This document shows, piece after piece, positions 1 through 16,670 of a DNA stretch of 51,609 nt (position 1 is its first letter; each line of letters opens with the position of its first letter). The DNA comes from Macrostomum lignano (lineage: Eukaryota), in the NCBI GenBank assembly GCA_002269645.1, contig NIVC01004289.1, positions 1 to 51,609 on the forward strand, read 5' to 3'. The position numbers and the translations under genes were made by a program. The notes beneath the pieces are model-generated. The model saw only the letters and a list, made by a program, of their open reading frames with translations, was not told where the DNA came from and did no database searches.

Positions 1-392
1 GCAGGCCGTTCGAGCCTTCGAGAACGCAGTCGAGGCCGGAGCCCGAAGGCCTCGCCCACAGCGCCAGCGAGTCGCTCAGGCAGCTCTGCGTCTCCAGACG
101 GCGTCACGAAGGGCGACAGCCGCAACGGCGGGCCGGGCAGTCAGGCAGCCAAGAGGACAGCGAGCAGAGCTCGGGCTGGAAATCGCACTAAAAAAACACT
201 GACACGGCTGCCTACCTGAGAATTGAATGTTGGTCAGCATTTCTTTGCTTTATTCTCTGAATCAGGAGCTTTGCGATGTTTGGCTGGACAAAAAATTGAA
301 TGTCTCTTTGATTTATGCTGAGCACTGAGCACTGCTGCAGCTGTTCTGTGCACCAATCATGTTGTCATCGGGAAATTTAATTGCAGACGGTT

Positions 393-941
<549 letters not shown>

Positions 942-1380
942 GGAAACATGTAGACAGTAGTTTTTAGCAAGAAATTCGATAAATTTCAACATGCTTAATT
1001 TACTTTTCTTGACTACTTCTGCAAAGCTACTATAAGTAGAGTGTTCAGCGCCAGCGAAGAGAACGTTTATCGAATTTGTTTTTCTGCTTAGCAACTGTGT
1101 TTTAATGGGACTCTCGCTCACGCCTGTTGCGCTTTTACGAGTACTGTGCCATTATTGCAGCTGTTGTGCAGTCCTAATTGCAGAAGTATTTTGGCTTTAT
1201 AGGATGGAGGATTCAATCAGCGGGGATTTTAAAAGAGTCGCAGCTGCTAAGCTTGTGCAGCTAATACACGGATTAGATTAGAAAGCCGGAAGCATGCGTT
1301 GAATAGTTGCCCGATTTAGTTAGAAACTGTCTCTTGTTTTTTGTGTAAAAACGGACTTGATGAAAAATTTACAACTATTC

Positions 1381-1962
1381 TGGGGCGCCATCTTGGGGGC
1401 GCACCATTGGGCGCCACCCTGGGTTGCGCCATCCTGGGGGGGCATCATGGAGGCACCATCTTATAAGGGCGCCATCCTGGGGGGCGCCATCCTGGGGACG
1501 CCATCCTGGGGGGTGCCATCCTGGGGGACGCCATCCTGGGGGCGCCATCCTGGGGCGCCATCCTGGGGGCGCCATTCTGGGGAGCATCATCTTATAAGGG
1601 CGCCATCATGGGGCGCCATCTTGGGGGGCGCCATCTTGGGGGGGGGCATCATGGAGGCACCATCTTATAAGGGCGCCATCCTGGGGGGCGCCATCCAGGG
1701 GGATGCCATCATGGGGGGCACCATCATGGGAGCGCCATTATGGGGGCGCCATCCGGAGCGCCATCCTGAGCGCCATCCTGGGGGGCACCATCTTATAAGA
1801 TCTTATAAGGGCGCCATCCTGGGGGATGCCATCCTGGGGACGACATCCTGGGGCGCCATCCTGGGGGACGGCATCCTGGTGGCGCCATTCTGGGGGGCAT
1901 CATCTTATAAGGGCGCCATCATGGGGGCGCCATCTTGGGGGGGGGCGCCATCTTGGGGGCGC
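1381..1962. repeat. G-rich ~14-15 bp minisatellite (GGGGGCGCCATCCT core)
   Basis: Many degenerate copies of gggggcgccatc(c/t)t, some with a cttataag variant; related units resume at 3239-3292, after the mariner. Confidence 0.9.
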
Positions 1963-1968
1963 TATATA

Positions 1969-3236
1969 TTAGGGTGAGCCAAAAGTTTCCGGAATTTGAA
2001 CAATTTAAAACTATAACAAATAGTGTCAAGAACAAACAGTTTATAGCGATGTGATGTAGTTGCCATTCAAGGCCCTGACCCTCTCCCATCTTGCTGGCAA
2101 TGCCTCAATCCCCTCCCTCCAGAAGCTCGCAGGCTTTGAATCAATCCATTTCTGCACTGCCTGCTCCACATGTTGCTTGTTGGCGAACCGCTGTCCATCA
2201 CAAAAGCTCTGGAGAGACCTGAACACATGATAGTCGCATGGCGAGAGGTCTGGTGAGTATGGTGGGTGGGGCAAAACACTGTAGCCCAGGCTTGCCAGCT
2301 TGGCCTGGGTGAGTCTTGCTTTGTGAAGCCGCGCAATGTCGAAGAGGAGCACCTTGTCGCGGTGCCCCGGGCACACGGATCGCAGCAAACGGGCGATCTG
2401 CTCCAGTTCGCTGCAGATCACCTCCGCGTTCACAGCCATGCCATGCGGGATGACCTCCCAGAAAACAGGGCCAGACGAGCAGAACCAGAGAGAGAGCAGC
2501 TCCTTGCCGCAGTGGGCGTTCCGCATTGGGCAGCTGGGTGGTTCTTCAGAAGCATCGACCCAGACGGCTGATGTGCTTGGGTTCTCATAGCAGACCCACT
2601 TCTCGTCTTGAGCGATTATCGACTTGAGAAAGTTTGGCGAACCGGCATAGCGAAGATTCGAAGTTGCCACATCCACCCTGGCTCTCAGCTGCTGAGGTGT
2701 CAGCTCATGGGGCACCAGAGTTGGCTTCTTCGGCACCTTGTCCGCAGCATGCAGGCTCCGCCGGACCGTGCCACAGGACACCCCAGTAGCGGCTGACAAC
2801 GCTGTAGTCCGGAGTGTCCTCAAGGGCTTGGAGAACGGCATCGCCATCAGCAGCAGGGGGTCGGCCTGACCTCGGCTTGTCCTTCAGCTCATAGTTCTCC
2901 TCAGCAAAGCGAGAGAACCACTCGTACACCGACGACTTTGAGGGTGCATGTGGGCCCATCAGCTGCAACAACTCGCGATGTGCCTCGGCTGCTTTGCGTC
3001 CCGCATGAAAGTGGCTGAGCAGAATTGCTCGCCATTCAGTTCTTGGCAGTTCCATTGGATGCGTTTGCTGGCTTAAGTAGGCAGGGTCTGGGAAACTGAG
3101 CGATGTTAAGCTAAAGAGTGATGATAAGGCTGGCCAACAGCATAGTAGATGGTTGCTGCTTTTAAGCTTTTCCATAGACAAAAATTAACTAAAAGTTCGA
3201 TTCTAAAAAATTCCGGAAACTTTTGGCTCACCCTAA
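1969..3236 (-). mobile_element. Mariner (DD34D) transposon, full length (1268 bp)
   Basis: Perfect 29-bp TIRs (ttagggtgagccaaaagtttccggaattt) flanked by TA at 1967-68 and 3237-38; transposase inside. Confidence 0.96.
2041..3055 (-). pseudogene. Mariner transposase with one frameshift (~2805-2815)
   Basis: N-terminal HTH region MELPRTEW...KDKPRSGRP in one frame; VPHEL, QDEKW, FDIARLH and YSPDLSPCDY in another; 34 residues between the second and third catalytic D. Confidence 0.93.
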
Positions 3237-3967
3237 TATCTTTGGAGTGGCATTATCTGGGAGCGCCAGGTTGGAGGCGCCACCTGAGGGGCAGTTATTA
3301 GTTTCCAATCCAATTGACGCTAGAGACTATCTAAACTAGAAGTCCATGACTGTCACACATTCAATGCAACTACAATACCGTAGTTGCATGCGGGCGGAGG
3401 CCATGAGAGGGAGCGATATGAGAGATCGAGGAAGTGAAATCGGCTTGGCCTGCAGTTCTTTCAAATCCTCAATAATCATATTTGGCGGGCCAATAGTTAA
3501 AGAAACCCAAAGCAGCAATGCTTTGCGAGAAGAAGAGAGTATTAAACACTTAGAAGTTTATCAGCCTATGAAGCGGTTGGTTAATTTCTTTTAACACCCC
3601 GGGGCAATATCTTTTTTCTCTGTGTCCCAGCCATTGCTGCGGTTTGGCTTTTTGTCATAATTTGTGAAAGTGTTTATTGCCATTTTTTACGACCAAGCCT
3701 GGCAGACGGCCGCTAAGTTAGTGCCTTCTTTTTTACTCCACTGAGCCGCTCCGCGACTGCAGGCGTGTTGGCGTGGCCGCTTTTATTTACTCAATAAGTT
3801 TCGCTTAAGCTCGGTTTATTTTCCCTTTTAAGAGGCCGACAGTTTCAATAGTTATAAGCTCACAGAGCCTCCACAATTATATTTTATTTGCAAGTCGCTT
3901 TCTCCTGCGAAGCTTGGCGTAATTTTGTAGACTGAAAGCATTTGCATATCTCAAAACTGAATTTACT

Positions 3968-4501
<534 letters not shown>

Positions 4502-4795
4502 ATAGGTGACTAGCATAACAGAATTATTTATAATTATTGAAATTGCTCATCCGAGCGACAACTCAAACGAATGACCCGTGGGAAAATCGACATTTTATTG
4601 GCCAGTTTCGATGCGCTATGAATTCGATTTCAGCTCGGGTCATTAATAAGCCACCGATTAGACATTGACATCGGCCTGGCCCTAATTTATGAGTGTCACT
4701 GCAGCTCACTGGCAGTAGCAGAGACTATGACATCTAATACCCGAAATGACAAATCATTTTATTCAATTGAGTCAGACTTTAAAAGATAGTCCTTA

Positions 4796-5100
4796 TTGTT
4801 TTGTTCTGTTTTCTGTTGCTTGTTTGTTGTTGTTTGTTGTTTGTTGTCTGTTGTTTGCTATATGCTCTTTGTTCTTTGTCGTTTGCAACGACCACTGAAG
4901 TCACTTAAGTAGTCCTTGTTCGTTTGTTGTTTGTCGTTTGTTGTATGTTGTTTGTTGTTTGTTTGTTTATTGTTGTTTGTTGTCTGTTGTTTGTTGTCTG
5001 TTGTTTGTTCCTTCTTGTCTGTTGTTTGTTCCTTGTTGTCTGTTGTTTGCTTTATGTTATTTGTTATTTGTTTGTTATTTGTTGTTTGTTGTTTGTCGCT
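4796..5100. repeat. Degenerate (GTT/GTTT)n low-complexity tract
   Basis: Mixed gttt/gtt/gtct units. Confidence 0.85.
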
Positions 5101-5814
5101 GCTTGCCTGCTTTGGTTACTGTTGAAAACTGGCTATCATTGGTTTCTCATCCCCATCAGTTCCAAGCCGAACTCCCCAATTCGTCTTAATTATAGCTTGG
5201 CCCACTCCAAGGATAGCTTGCAGTTAATGCTTAGCACTGATTGGATTCTTATATTTTGGTGCAGGCGGCTTGACCCGTCGCGACTCATAGTCTTTGCATT
5301 AAATTAGTCTCAAAGCTTCTGACAGTCAGGGGCAGCAGCCGAGAGTCAGGGGGGATATGGAAGAGGCCACTCAGCGATAAAAACTCTATCAAAACCGACT
5401 CAGAAAAACACAGGGCTTGAGCTCTCAAGATTGGATGACGCTGCTATTGCTCGTAAGGAGAAGCTGGGCAGCCGGGATGGCGGGGGATTCTGGGCAATCA
5501 ACTCCATCATTTCTCTTATCCGGTTTCATTTCGCCTCGGAGGCCCTGACCTCCATTATGAAGATATTAATGCAATTAAGCTTGGGCTCGACTTTAGCCCC
5601 TGCGATATCGGAGACCCGCAGTTCTTGTCCATCCTTGATGTTTGGCATTGGAAAACCCCCAAGGCTTGATGTACATGCCGGACATTTAGAAAGTCGGGGC
5701 CGCTGTGTGAGCCCGTCTGTCTCTACACTACAAAATATTAGGGGCTTGCTGAGTTTGCAGGGATGCAGGGTTTGAGAAATGAAGAGTTGATTTGAGGAAT
5801 GAAAGGCTTGTTGA

Positions 5815-6540
5815 AGGGAGGAAGGTTTGGAAGAATGAAGGGTTGGAAGAATGAAGGGTTGGAAGAATGAAGGGTTGGAAGAATGAAGGGTTGGAAGAAT
5901 GAAGGGTTGGAAGAATGAAGGGATGGAAGAATGAAGGGTTGGAAGAATGAAGGGATGGAAGAATGAAGGGTTGGAAGAATGAAGGATTGGAAGAATGAAG
6001 GGTTGAAAGAATGAAGGGTTGAAGAAATGCAGGGTTGGAAGAATGAAAGGTTGGAGAAATGCAGGGTTGGAAGAATGAAGGGTTGGAAGAATGAAGGGTT
6101 GGAAGAATGAAGGGTTGGAAGAATGAAGGGTTGGAAGAATGAAGGGTTGGAAGAATGAAGGGTTGAAAGAATGAAAGGTTGGAGAAATGCAGGGTTGGAA
6201 GAATGAAGGGTTGGAAGAATGAAGGGTTGGAGAAATGCAGGGTTGGAAGAATGAAGGGTTGGAAGAATGAAGGGTTGGAAGAATGCAGGGTTGGAAGAAT
6301 GAAAGGTTGGAGAAATGCAGGGTTGGAAGAATGAAGGATTGGAAGAATGAAGGGTTGAAAGAATGAAGGGTTGGAGAAATGCAGGGTTGGAAGAATGAAG
6401 GGTTGGAAGAATGAAGGGTTGGAGAAATGCAGGGTTGGAAGAATGAAAGGTTGGAGAAATGCAGGGTTGGAAGAATGAAGGGTTGGAAGAATGAAAGGTT
6501 GGAGAAATGCAGGGTTGGAAGAATATGAAGTTGGAGAATT
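5815..6540. repeat. 16-bp minisatellite (TTGGAAGAATGAAGGG)
   Basis: Tandem units with the variant ttggagaaatgcaggg. Confidence 0.95.
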
Positions 6541-7323
6541 GCATGGAAATGAAGATTTGGATGAATAAAAATATACTAGCGCTGATATTTGACGAAATAA
6601 AAGTAAAGCAAGTTAAAAAGCCTCGAGTGTTTCGCAAATGCTACCCAGTTGTTACAGAATGAGTTTATGACTAGCAAACTGACATGAAGATAATGATGGC
6701 ATAAAATTCTCTGCACACACACTTGCAACGGATTCACAGGAACTGAAGTTCCGTATATAAAATAAGACTTTGCAAGAAAATTGTGTTCCGTTTCGATTAG
6801 TGTGTTAGATTAGCAATTCTATAAGGTAAATACGTTTATGCAGGTGTGTTTGTTAGACACTTTTCTGGAATAAAAGTTTTGAAGGTTGTTATCTCTATAG
6901 CACTTACACCTCAATAAACAGCTTAGCGGCAATACTTGGCAGCACATGTAACTGAATTCTGCTAATGAAATTGCGATGTCTGCAATATTATTTTTCTGAA
7001 TTTAAATTGGCGTCATACAGAAATGCATTGAAATCTGCATTCTCATGAAATTGTAAGAAACAAACGACCGAAGGATGTGTGCAACAGACCCCTATTAGCT
7101 TGAAACTATGGACGTCATAACGGTGGGTTCATGTAATGTTTTAGTGTAAACAATGAGTGACTCTTGATCCGACAGTTTACAGGAAAGATTAATAATTAAA
7201 ATTATTCTAGTTTACACGCAGTTGATTTTCTGCATTATGGGTTTAATTTCATGAAGCAGATTGTTTAAAATGAAAATTATTTGCATTAAGGGGAATTGGT
7301 AAGGCTGGAGAGGTAGGCAGAGG

Positions 7324-9378
7324 ATGGTAGATAGAGTAGATATGGTAGACACTTGATGGTAGATAGAGTAGATATGGTAGACACTTAATGGTAGATGGAG
7401 TAGATATGGTAGACACTTGATGGTAGATAGAGTAGATATGGTAGACACTTGATGGTAGATAGAGGAGATATGGTAAACACTTGATGGTAGACAGAGTAGA
7501 TATGGTGTAGACACTTGATGGTAGACAGAAGATATGGTAGACACTTAATGGTAGATGGAGTAGATATGGTAGACACTTGATGGTAGATAGAGGAGATATG
7601 ATAGACACTTGATGGTAGATAGAGGAGATATGATAGACACTTGATGGTAGATAGAGGAGATATGGTAGACACTTGATGGTAGATAGAGTAGATATGGTAG
7701 ACACTTGATGGTAGACAGAAGATATGGTAGACACTTAATGGTAGATGGAGTAGATATGGTAGACACTTGATGGTAGATAGAGGAGATATGATAGACACTT
7801 GATGGTAGATAGAGTAGATATGGTAGACACTTGATGGTAGATAGAGGAGATATGATAGACACTTGATGGTAGATAGAGGAGATATGGTAGACACTTGATG
7901 GTAGATAGAGTAGATATGGTAGACACTTGATGGTCGATAGAGTAGATATGGTAGACACTTGATGGTCGATAGAGTAGATATGGTGTAGACACTTGATGGT
8001 AGATAGAGGAGATATGATAGACACTTGATGGTAGATAGAGGAGATATGGTAGACACTTGATGGTCGATAGAGTAGATATGGTAGACACTTGATGGTAGAT
8101 AGAGTAGATATGGTAGACACTTGATGTTAGATAGAGTAGATATGGTAGACACTTGATAGTAGATAGAGTAGATATGGTAGACACTTGATGGTAGATAGAG
8201 TAGATATGGTAGACACTTGATGTTAGATAGAGTAGATATGGTAGACACTTGATGGTAGATAGAGGAGATATGGTAGACACTTGATGGTCGATAGAGTATA
8301 TATGGTAGACACTTGATGGTAGATAGAGTAGATATGGTAGACACTTGATGGTAGATAGAGGAGATATGGTAGACACTTGATGGTAGATAGAGTAGATATG
8401 GTAGACACTTGATGTTAGATAGAGTAGATATGGTAGACACTTGATGGTAGATAGAGGAGATATGGTAGACACTTGATGTTCGATAGAGTATATATGGTAG
8501 ACACTTGATGGTAGATAGAGTCGATATGGTAGACACTTGATGGTAGATAGAGGAGATATGGTAGACACTTGATGGTAGATAGAGGAGATATGGTAGACAC
8601 TTGATGGTAGATAGAGTAGATATGGTAGACACTTGATGTTAGATAGAGTAGATATGGTAGACACTTGATGGTAGATAGAGTAGATATGGTAGACACTTGA
8701 TGGTAGATAGAGTAGATATGGTAGACACTTGATGGTAGATAGAGTAGATATGGTAGACACTTGATGGTAGATAGAGGAGATATGGTAAACACTTGATGGT
8801 AGACAGAGTAGATATGGTGTAGACACTTGATGGTAGACAGAAGATATGGTAGACACTTGATGGTAGATAGAGGAGATATGGTAGACACTTGATGGTCGAT
8901 AGAGTAGATATGGTAGACACTTGATGGTAGACAGAGTAGATATGGTGTAAACACTTGATGGTAGATAGAGTAGATATGGTAGACACTTGATGGTAGATAG
9001 AGGAGATATGGTAGACACTTGATGGTAGATAGAGGAGATATGGTAGACACTTGATGGTAGACAGAGTAGATATGGTGTAAACACTTGATGGTAGATAGAG
9101 TAGATATGGTAGACACTTGATGGTAGATAGAGTAGATATGGTAGACACTTGATGGTAGATAGAGTAGATATGGTCTTGACTTACTTGATGGTAGACAGAG
9201 TAGATATGGTAGACACTTGATGGTAGATAGAGTAGATATGGTAGACACTTGATGGTAGACAGAGTAGATATGGTGTAAACACTTGATGGTAGATAGAGGA
9301 GATATGGTAGACACTTGATGGTAGATAGAGTATATATGGTAGACACTTGATGGTAGATAAAGTAGACATGGCAGACAG
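7324..9378. repeat. 32-bp minisatellite (GATGGTAGATAGAGTAGATATGGTAGACACTT)
   Basis: About 2 kb tandem array with recurring variants; one or two diverged monomers also at ~10015-10070. Confidence 0.97.
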
Positions 9379-10091
9379 AAGATAGCCAGAGGAGTGCAGA
9401 GGGAACCGTACAAGTACAAGTTATTTCTTTAAGTTTCCCGTACTAAGAAAAGAAAAAGCCGAACCAAACATTAAAAATGACAAAAAAGATTCTGCCCAGA
9501 CCTTCAAACTTGAATTTGATTAACTAAGCAACTGTTTAATTAAGAGTGATAGAAAATTAGGTCACTGTAGATAGAATGAATGCAATTCAATCAGTGAACA
9601 AACCTGCGACTTGGTGGGCAAACCAGATTTATGACCCCAGTGTGCGTCTGGTTGCTATGCTGTTGCTGCTTTCGTAATAAAATATCAAATTTCAGATTGT
9701 GGAGAAAAAACTTTGCAAAGACTTCGGTCATGCAGCATAGCACAACAGGCCCTTGACCAAATTTCAAAATCGTTCTATGCAAAATATAATTGGAAAACAT
9801 AAAAAAATGATTCCAGATAGTGAACAGCATAGCAACCATATGGTTTAGTTTATCCATAATTGACCACCTTGACAATTGATACTCGATATTCGAACCCCTC
9901 AAACTAGAACAAAATCTAACCCTATGTGTGAGCTGTGATGCAAGAGGAAGTTCTGATAAAAATTGACAGACTAGAATAGATATGTATATACATGTAGAGA
10001 TATATTGCAATAGATGTAGAATAGATATGGTAGCCACGTAATGGTAGATAAAATAGATATGGTAGACAGGAGATTGTTGAGAATATTGATG

Positions 10092-10910
10092 AGAGAAGCA
10101 CACCCTTAAAAGCATACCCCGAGAAGCACACCCTAAGAAGCACACCCTGAGAAGCACACCCTAAGAAGCACAGCCTGAGAAGCACACCCTAAGAAGCACA
10201 CCCTGAGAAGCACACCCTAAGAAGCACACCCTGAGAAGCACACCCTAAGAAGCACCCCCTAAGAAGCACACCCTAAGAAGCACACCCTAAGAAGCACACC
10301 CTAAGAAGCACACCCTAAGAAGCACACCCTGAGAAGCACACCCTAAGAAGCACACCCTAAGAAGCACACCCTGAGAAGCACACCCTAAGAAGCACACCCT
10401 AAGAAGCACACCCTGAGAAGCACACCCTAAGAAGCACACCCTAAGAAGCACACCCTGAGAAGCACACCCTAAGAAGCACACCCTAAGAAGCACACTCTGA
10501 GAAGTACACTCTGAGAAGCACTCCCTGAGAAGCACACCCTAAGAAGCACACCCTAAGAAGCACACCCTGACCCTGAGAAGCACAACCTGAGAAGCACACC
10601 CTAAGAAGCACACCCTAAGAAGCACACCCTGAGAAGCACACCCTAAGAAGCACACTCTGAGAAGTACACTCTGAGAAGCACTCCCTGAGAAGCACACCCT
10701 AAGAAGCACACCCTAAGAAGCACACCCTGACCCTGAGAAGCACAACTTGAGAAGCACACCCTAAGAAGCACACCCTAAGAAGCACACCCTGACCCTGAGA
10801 AGCACAACCTGAGAAGCACACCCTGAGAAGTACACCCTGAGAAGTACACCCTGAGAAGTACACCCTGAGAAGTACACCCTGAGAAGCACACTCTGACCCT
10901 GAGAAGCACT
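10092..10910. repeat. 14-bp minisatellite (GAAGCACACCCTAA/GA)
   Basis: Tandem array ending ~550 bp upstream of the Nkx6 ATG. Confidence 0.96.
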
Positions 10911-11464
10911 CGCACATTCAAAGTTATCATCGATAATTGCCCCGATAATACTTACATTCGATCAGAATCATCCATGAGATAATAAGCATCAATCCAGGAA
11001 ATCACGTTTAACGAGAATCAGTCTTAGAGTCACCTCTGAGAATCACCCATAATTTTAAGTGAAGATTGAGATCTAGAATCACCTCTAATGAGAAGCACCC
11101 CCGAAAGTCACCTCGGAGAATCACCCGTAATGAGAGTCACCTTTAATGGGAATCACCCGAAAATCTGTAACTTGCGCAATTAGCAGCTTATTCGATACAC
11201 TCCACTGTCTAATGGATCGCTCTGCAAATCAATCATAATGAATGCATCCTCAGCATCACGGGGTCCCTCACGCTCCACTTCCTGGCCCCAAATTTCTCTC
11301 TCGACCAATAGAAAACCAGCTTGGATCCCGCTGCTTCCTGATTGGCTGGAGGGCCCCCAAGCTCAACTGAAGACAAAACCGGGCAGCAGAAGTGGAAAAT
11401 ATTCCTTTCTAATCTACTGTCGTGTTCTCTCAAAAAGCAACAAATTTGAATCAGACAAAAAACA

Positions 11465-11798
11465 ATGGCCACCCCATTCAGTATCTCGGATATTCTTGGC
11501 AAAAATTCTGCCAGTTGCAACGGCCCTATGATAAGTCCACTTCAGCAGCAGCAACAGCAACAGCAGCAACACGAGCAGCAATTGTTGCAATTGCAGCAAT
11601 ATTCTCACCTGTTGCAAGCACTGCCGCCGTGGATTGTTGCAAAAGAGCATCAGCAGGAGCAGCAGAGCGTGCTGCTGCATCCACCTCATCAGCATCCGAT
11701 GCAGCTGTGGTCTCATCTGTTGCAGCAGCAGCAGCCGCCCCAGCCGCTGCCTCATCAGCTTCTTGGAATGGGAATTCCAGCTTGGAAGTCTGCGCTCA
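11465..11798 (+). CDS. nkx6: Nkx6 homeobox gene, coding exon 1
   Basis: MATPFSISDILG is an eh1/tinman (TN) Groucho-binding motif; poly-Q; donor A|GTGAGT at 11799, phase 1. An upstream exon cannot be excluded. Confidence 0.85.
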
Positions 11799-11832
11799 GT
11801 GAGTGCCTTGAATTGTAGCGTTTCTCGGTCTC

Positions 11833-12250
11833 TGGGGTATTCATCTGACAGGATCTGCTTGATGAGTGTCAGAGGGTATTTATCTGACTGGATCTGCTTG
11901 ATGAGTGTCAGAGGGTATTTATCTGACTGGATCTGCTTGATGAGTGTCAGAGGGTATTTATCTGACTGGATCTGCTTGATGAGTGTCAGGGGGTATTCAT
12001 CTGACTGGATCTGCTTGATGAGTGTCAGAGGGTATTTATCTGACTGGATCTGCTTGAGGAGTGTCAGAGGGTATTTATCTGACTGGATCTGCTTGAAGAG
12101 TGTCAGAGGGTATTTATCTGACAGGATCTACTTGATGAGTATCAGACGGTATTTATCTGACTGGATCTGCTTGATGAGTGTCATGGGGTATTTATCTTAC
12201 AGGATCTGCTTGAAGAGTGTCAGGGGGTATTTTTTACGAAGGATCTATTT
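11833..12250. repeat. 39-bp minisatellite in Nkx6 intron 1
   Basis: About 10 directly adjacent copies of tatttatctgactggatctgcttgatgagtgtcagaggg with no spacers. Confidence 0.95.
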
Positions 12251-12476
12251 TTCAACCATTGATAAACTGATGAAGAGAATCTCCTTGTAGGATGCTGAGT
12301 AATGGTCGGAGCTCGTAAAACAGATTTGCATGTTGCACAGATTTCATCAAATTGCCTGCCTATTTCTGCATAAACACGGACAGGAAATTACAACAGAAAA
12401 TGCGCCTCCATCTTTATCGTTTCTGCTGCAACCCTTTCATATGATTTGAAAAATCTGCCTCAAAATCTGCATATAA

Positions 12477-13885
<1,409 letters not shown>

Positions 13886-14627
13886 CAGCAGTGCCAAGCA
13901 GGGTTCGAACCCCGGACCTGCGCAACGACCCGGTGTAAAAAGTCAAGAATAAAAAGTATTAATTACAGCCGGTCCAGATGTGGCTGTCGGTCCTCTGGGC
14001 GGTAACCCTACAGCTATTATATCGCGTATGGCACAACCCCAGAGACAGCTGTGGCCCCCACTTCTTACGCCCAGGAAGTGACACAATATCTACATATTCA
14101 AGGGGGGGGGGAGGCGTCACGCTTTCAGGCAGCAGGGCGGCAGTTGTCAGAAGCAGAAATGATGCAGTGGAAAATAAAACTTCTCCACCGAAAGCAGATG
14201 ACTTTAAAAACCTCGGGCGCCGGGCGGGAAAAGACAGGGAAGTGAATTTCGATGTAGCACCTTTGTTCCCCCCGCACGAAGCCGTGACAAAATAGCGGCC
14301 GCTTAAACTTTCGCAGAATATTTTCCCCTCTGTTTCTATACGGTCTTTACATAAGCGGACTTCTTCTTTTTGAGCCCGAGGCTGTCGACTTCTGTCGCCT
14401 GTTGCAAAATTTGTCAAAACTTTGGAGGGCCACTGGTTCCGCCATATAATATCCATGATGCTTTGGCTTGTATAAACTTTGATATAAACGGGAGCAGGGC
14501 TTCCACCAATGTTCATCATAGCTTGCAGGCACGAAATGCTGCAGAGAAGTCTGCAAAGATGTGGTTGGTGATGATTTTTTCCTGGTGCCAATGTGATGTT
14601 TAATAAATCCTGCCAGTTGCCAACGTC

Positions 14628-15342
14628 CATGCTCCCCTTACTAGCGCTCCCCTTACTGGCGCTCCCTTACTGGCGCCCCCTTACTGGCGCTCCCTCACTG
14701 GCGCTCCCTTACCGGCGCTCCCTTACTGGCGCTCCCTCACTGGCGCTCCCTTACTGGCGCTCCCTTACTGGCGCTCCCTCACTGGCGCTCCCTCACTGGC
14801 GCTCCCTCACTGGCGCTCCTTCACTGGCGCTCCCTTACTGGCGCTCCCTTACTGGCGCTCCCTCGCTGGCGCTCCCTCACTGGCGCTCCCTCACTGGCGC
14901 TCCTTCACTGGCGCTCCCTCACTGGCGCTCCCTCACTGGCGCTCCTTCACTGGCGCTCCCTCACTGGCGCTCCCTCACTGGCGCTCCCTTACTGGCGCTC
15001 CCTTACTGGCGCTCCCTCACTGGCGCTCCCTCACTGGCGCTCCCTCACTGGCGCTCCCTCACTGGCGCTCCCTCACTGGCGCTCCCTCACTGGCGCTCCC
15101 TTACCGGCGCTCCCTCACTGGCGCTCCCTCACTGGCGCTCCCTCACTGGCGCTCCCTCACTGGCGCTCCTTCACTGGCGCTCCCTCACTGGCGCCCTTTT
15201 TACTCGCGTTCCCTTTACTGGCGCTCCTTTTCTGGCGCCCCCTTACTGGCGCCCCCTTACTGGCGCCTTTCTTACTCGCGCCTCCTTTACTGGCGCTCCT
15301 TTTCTGGCGCCCCCTTACTGGCGCCACCTCACTGGCGCCCCA
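14628..15342. repeat. 14/15-bp minisatellite (ACTGGCGCTCCCTC/TT)
   Basis: Tandem array in Nkx6 intron 2. Confidence 0.95.
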
Positions 15343-16134
15343 TTTCCCAGCTGCAGGCTTTCCCTCCCTCGTATTCGACCTAACTCCGATCCAAGCGCAG
15401 CTAATTGTGAAGCATACACATAAAATAGGTTCGTTTCTTTCACACCTCATTCGGCGCGGCGGAATATCATATTCATCGAATATGATGGCCAGGAAACAAA
15501 ATGGCATGTAGGGTGCAGTCGTTGAGCTTGAGGAGCGCAAACTCAATAAAAAAGAGCTTAGCAGATCCCCCCAGCTCTCTCTCTCACCACAGCTAAATGG
15601 TCCTGGTCTGCATAATCGATTGCAATAGACAATAAAAACAGCACAATAACAGCTATATGCTAATTTTCTTCGTTTACGACGCTGCAGCAATGCGAGACTC
15701 CAGAACCCCCCCCCCCCAGCAGCTCCACACAGGACTGGGCTGACTTTGAAGAATTAAAATGCTTGAGACCCAACAAAACTATGAGCTCATTTAAAGAGAG
15801 AGAGAGAGAGAACAAAATGTAATTAGTTGCCGCGTGAGAACCGCATTTCAGACAGGCGCTCACGCCCTGAGAGCAACTCTACACTGCTGTATCATGCTAA
15901 ACACCCCTGAGTGCCAGCAGCAGCCCCTGTTCCCCCTCTGGTCCTCTGATCTGCACGTTGGCAACTGACAACAAACTGAGGGATCAGTCACCTCGGAGTC
16001 CCCCACCACCCGAGGCGTTGCTAAAATTTCAATAAGTTTTCTTCTCCTCCCGTTTCCAGCTCAGCTGGCAATAAAAACAATAAAAATTGCTTTTAATAAG
16101 TTGTGGATTAAGCCGTCAAGTCTATCTTGCTCGT

Positions 16135-16670
<536 letters not shown>

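Noticed and set aside
1-220. GC-rich stretch open in two + frames, possibly a terminal exon
   Set aside because: No recognisable domain and truncated by the window edge; cannot be assigned.
11833-12250. 39-bp repeats of CRISPR-like length (also 20361-20516)
   Set aside because: Units are directly adjacent with no unique spacers, there are no cas genes, and the context is eukaryotic.
13895-13935. GGGTTCGAACCC, a tRNA T-arm/B-box-like palindrome next to the TTAG tract
   Set aside because: No cloverleaf or A box could be built on either strand; at most a SINE scrap.
14340-14620. Possible LINE RT remnant on the minus strand (IFADFSAAF)
   Set aside because: Only one weak motif amid several stops; not enough to call.
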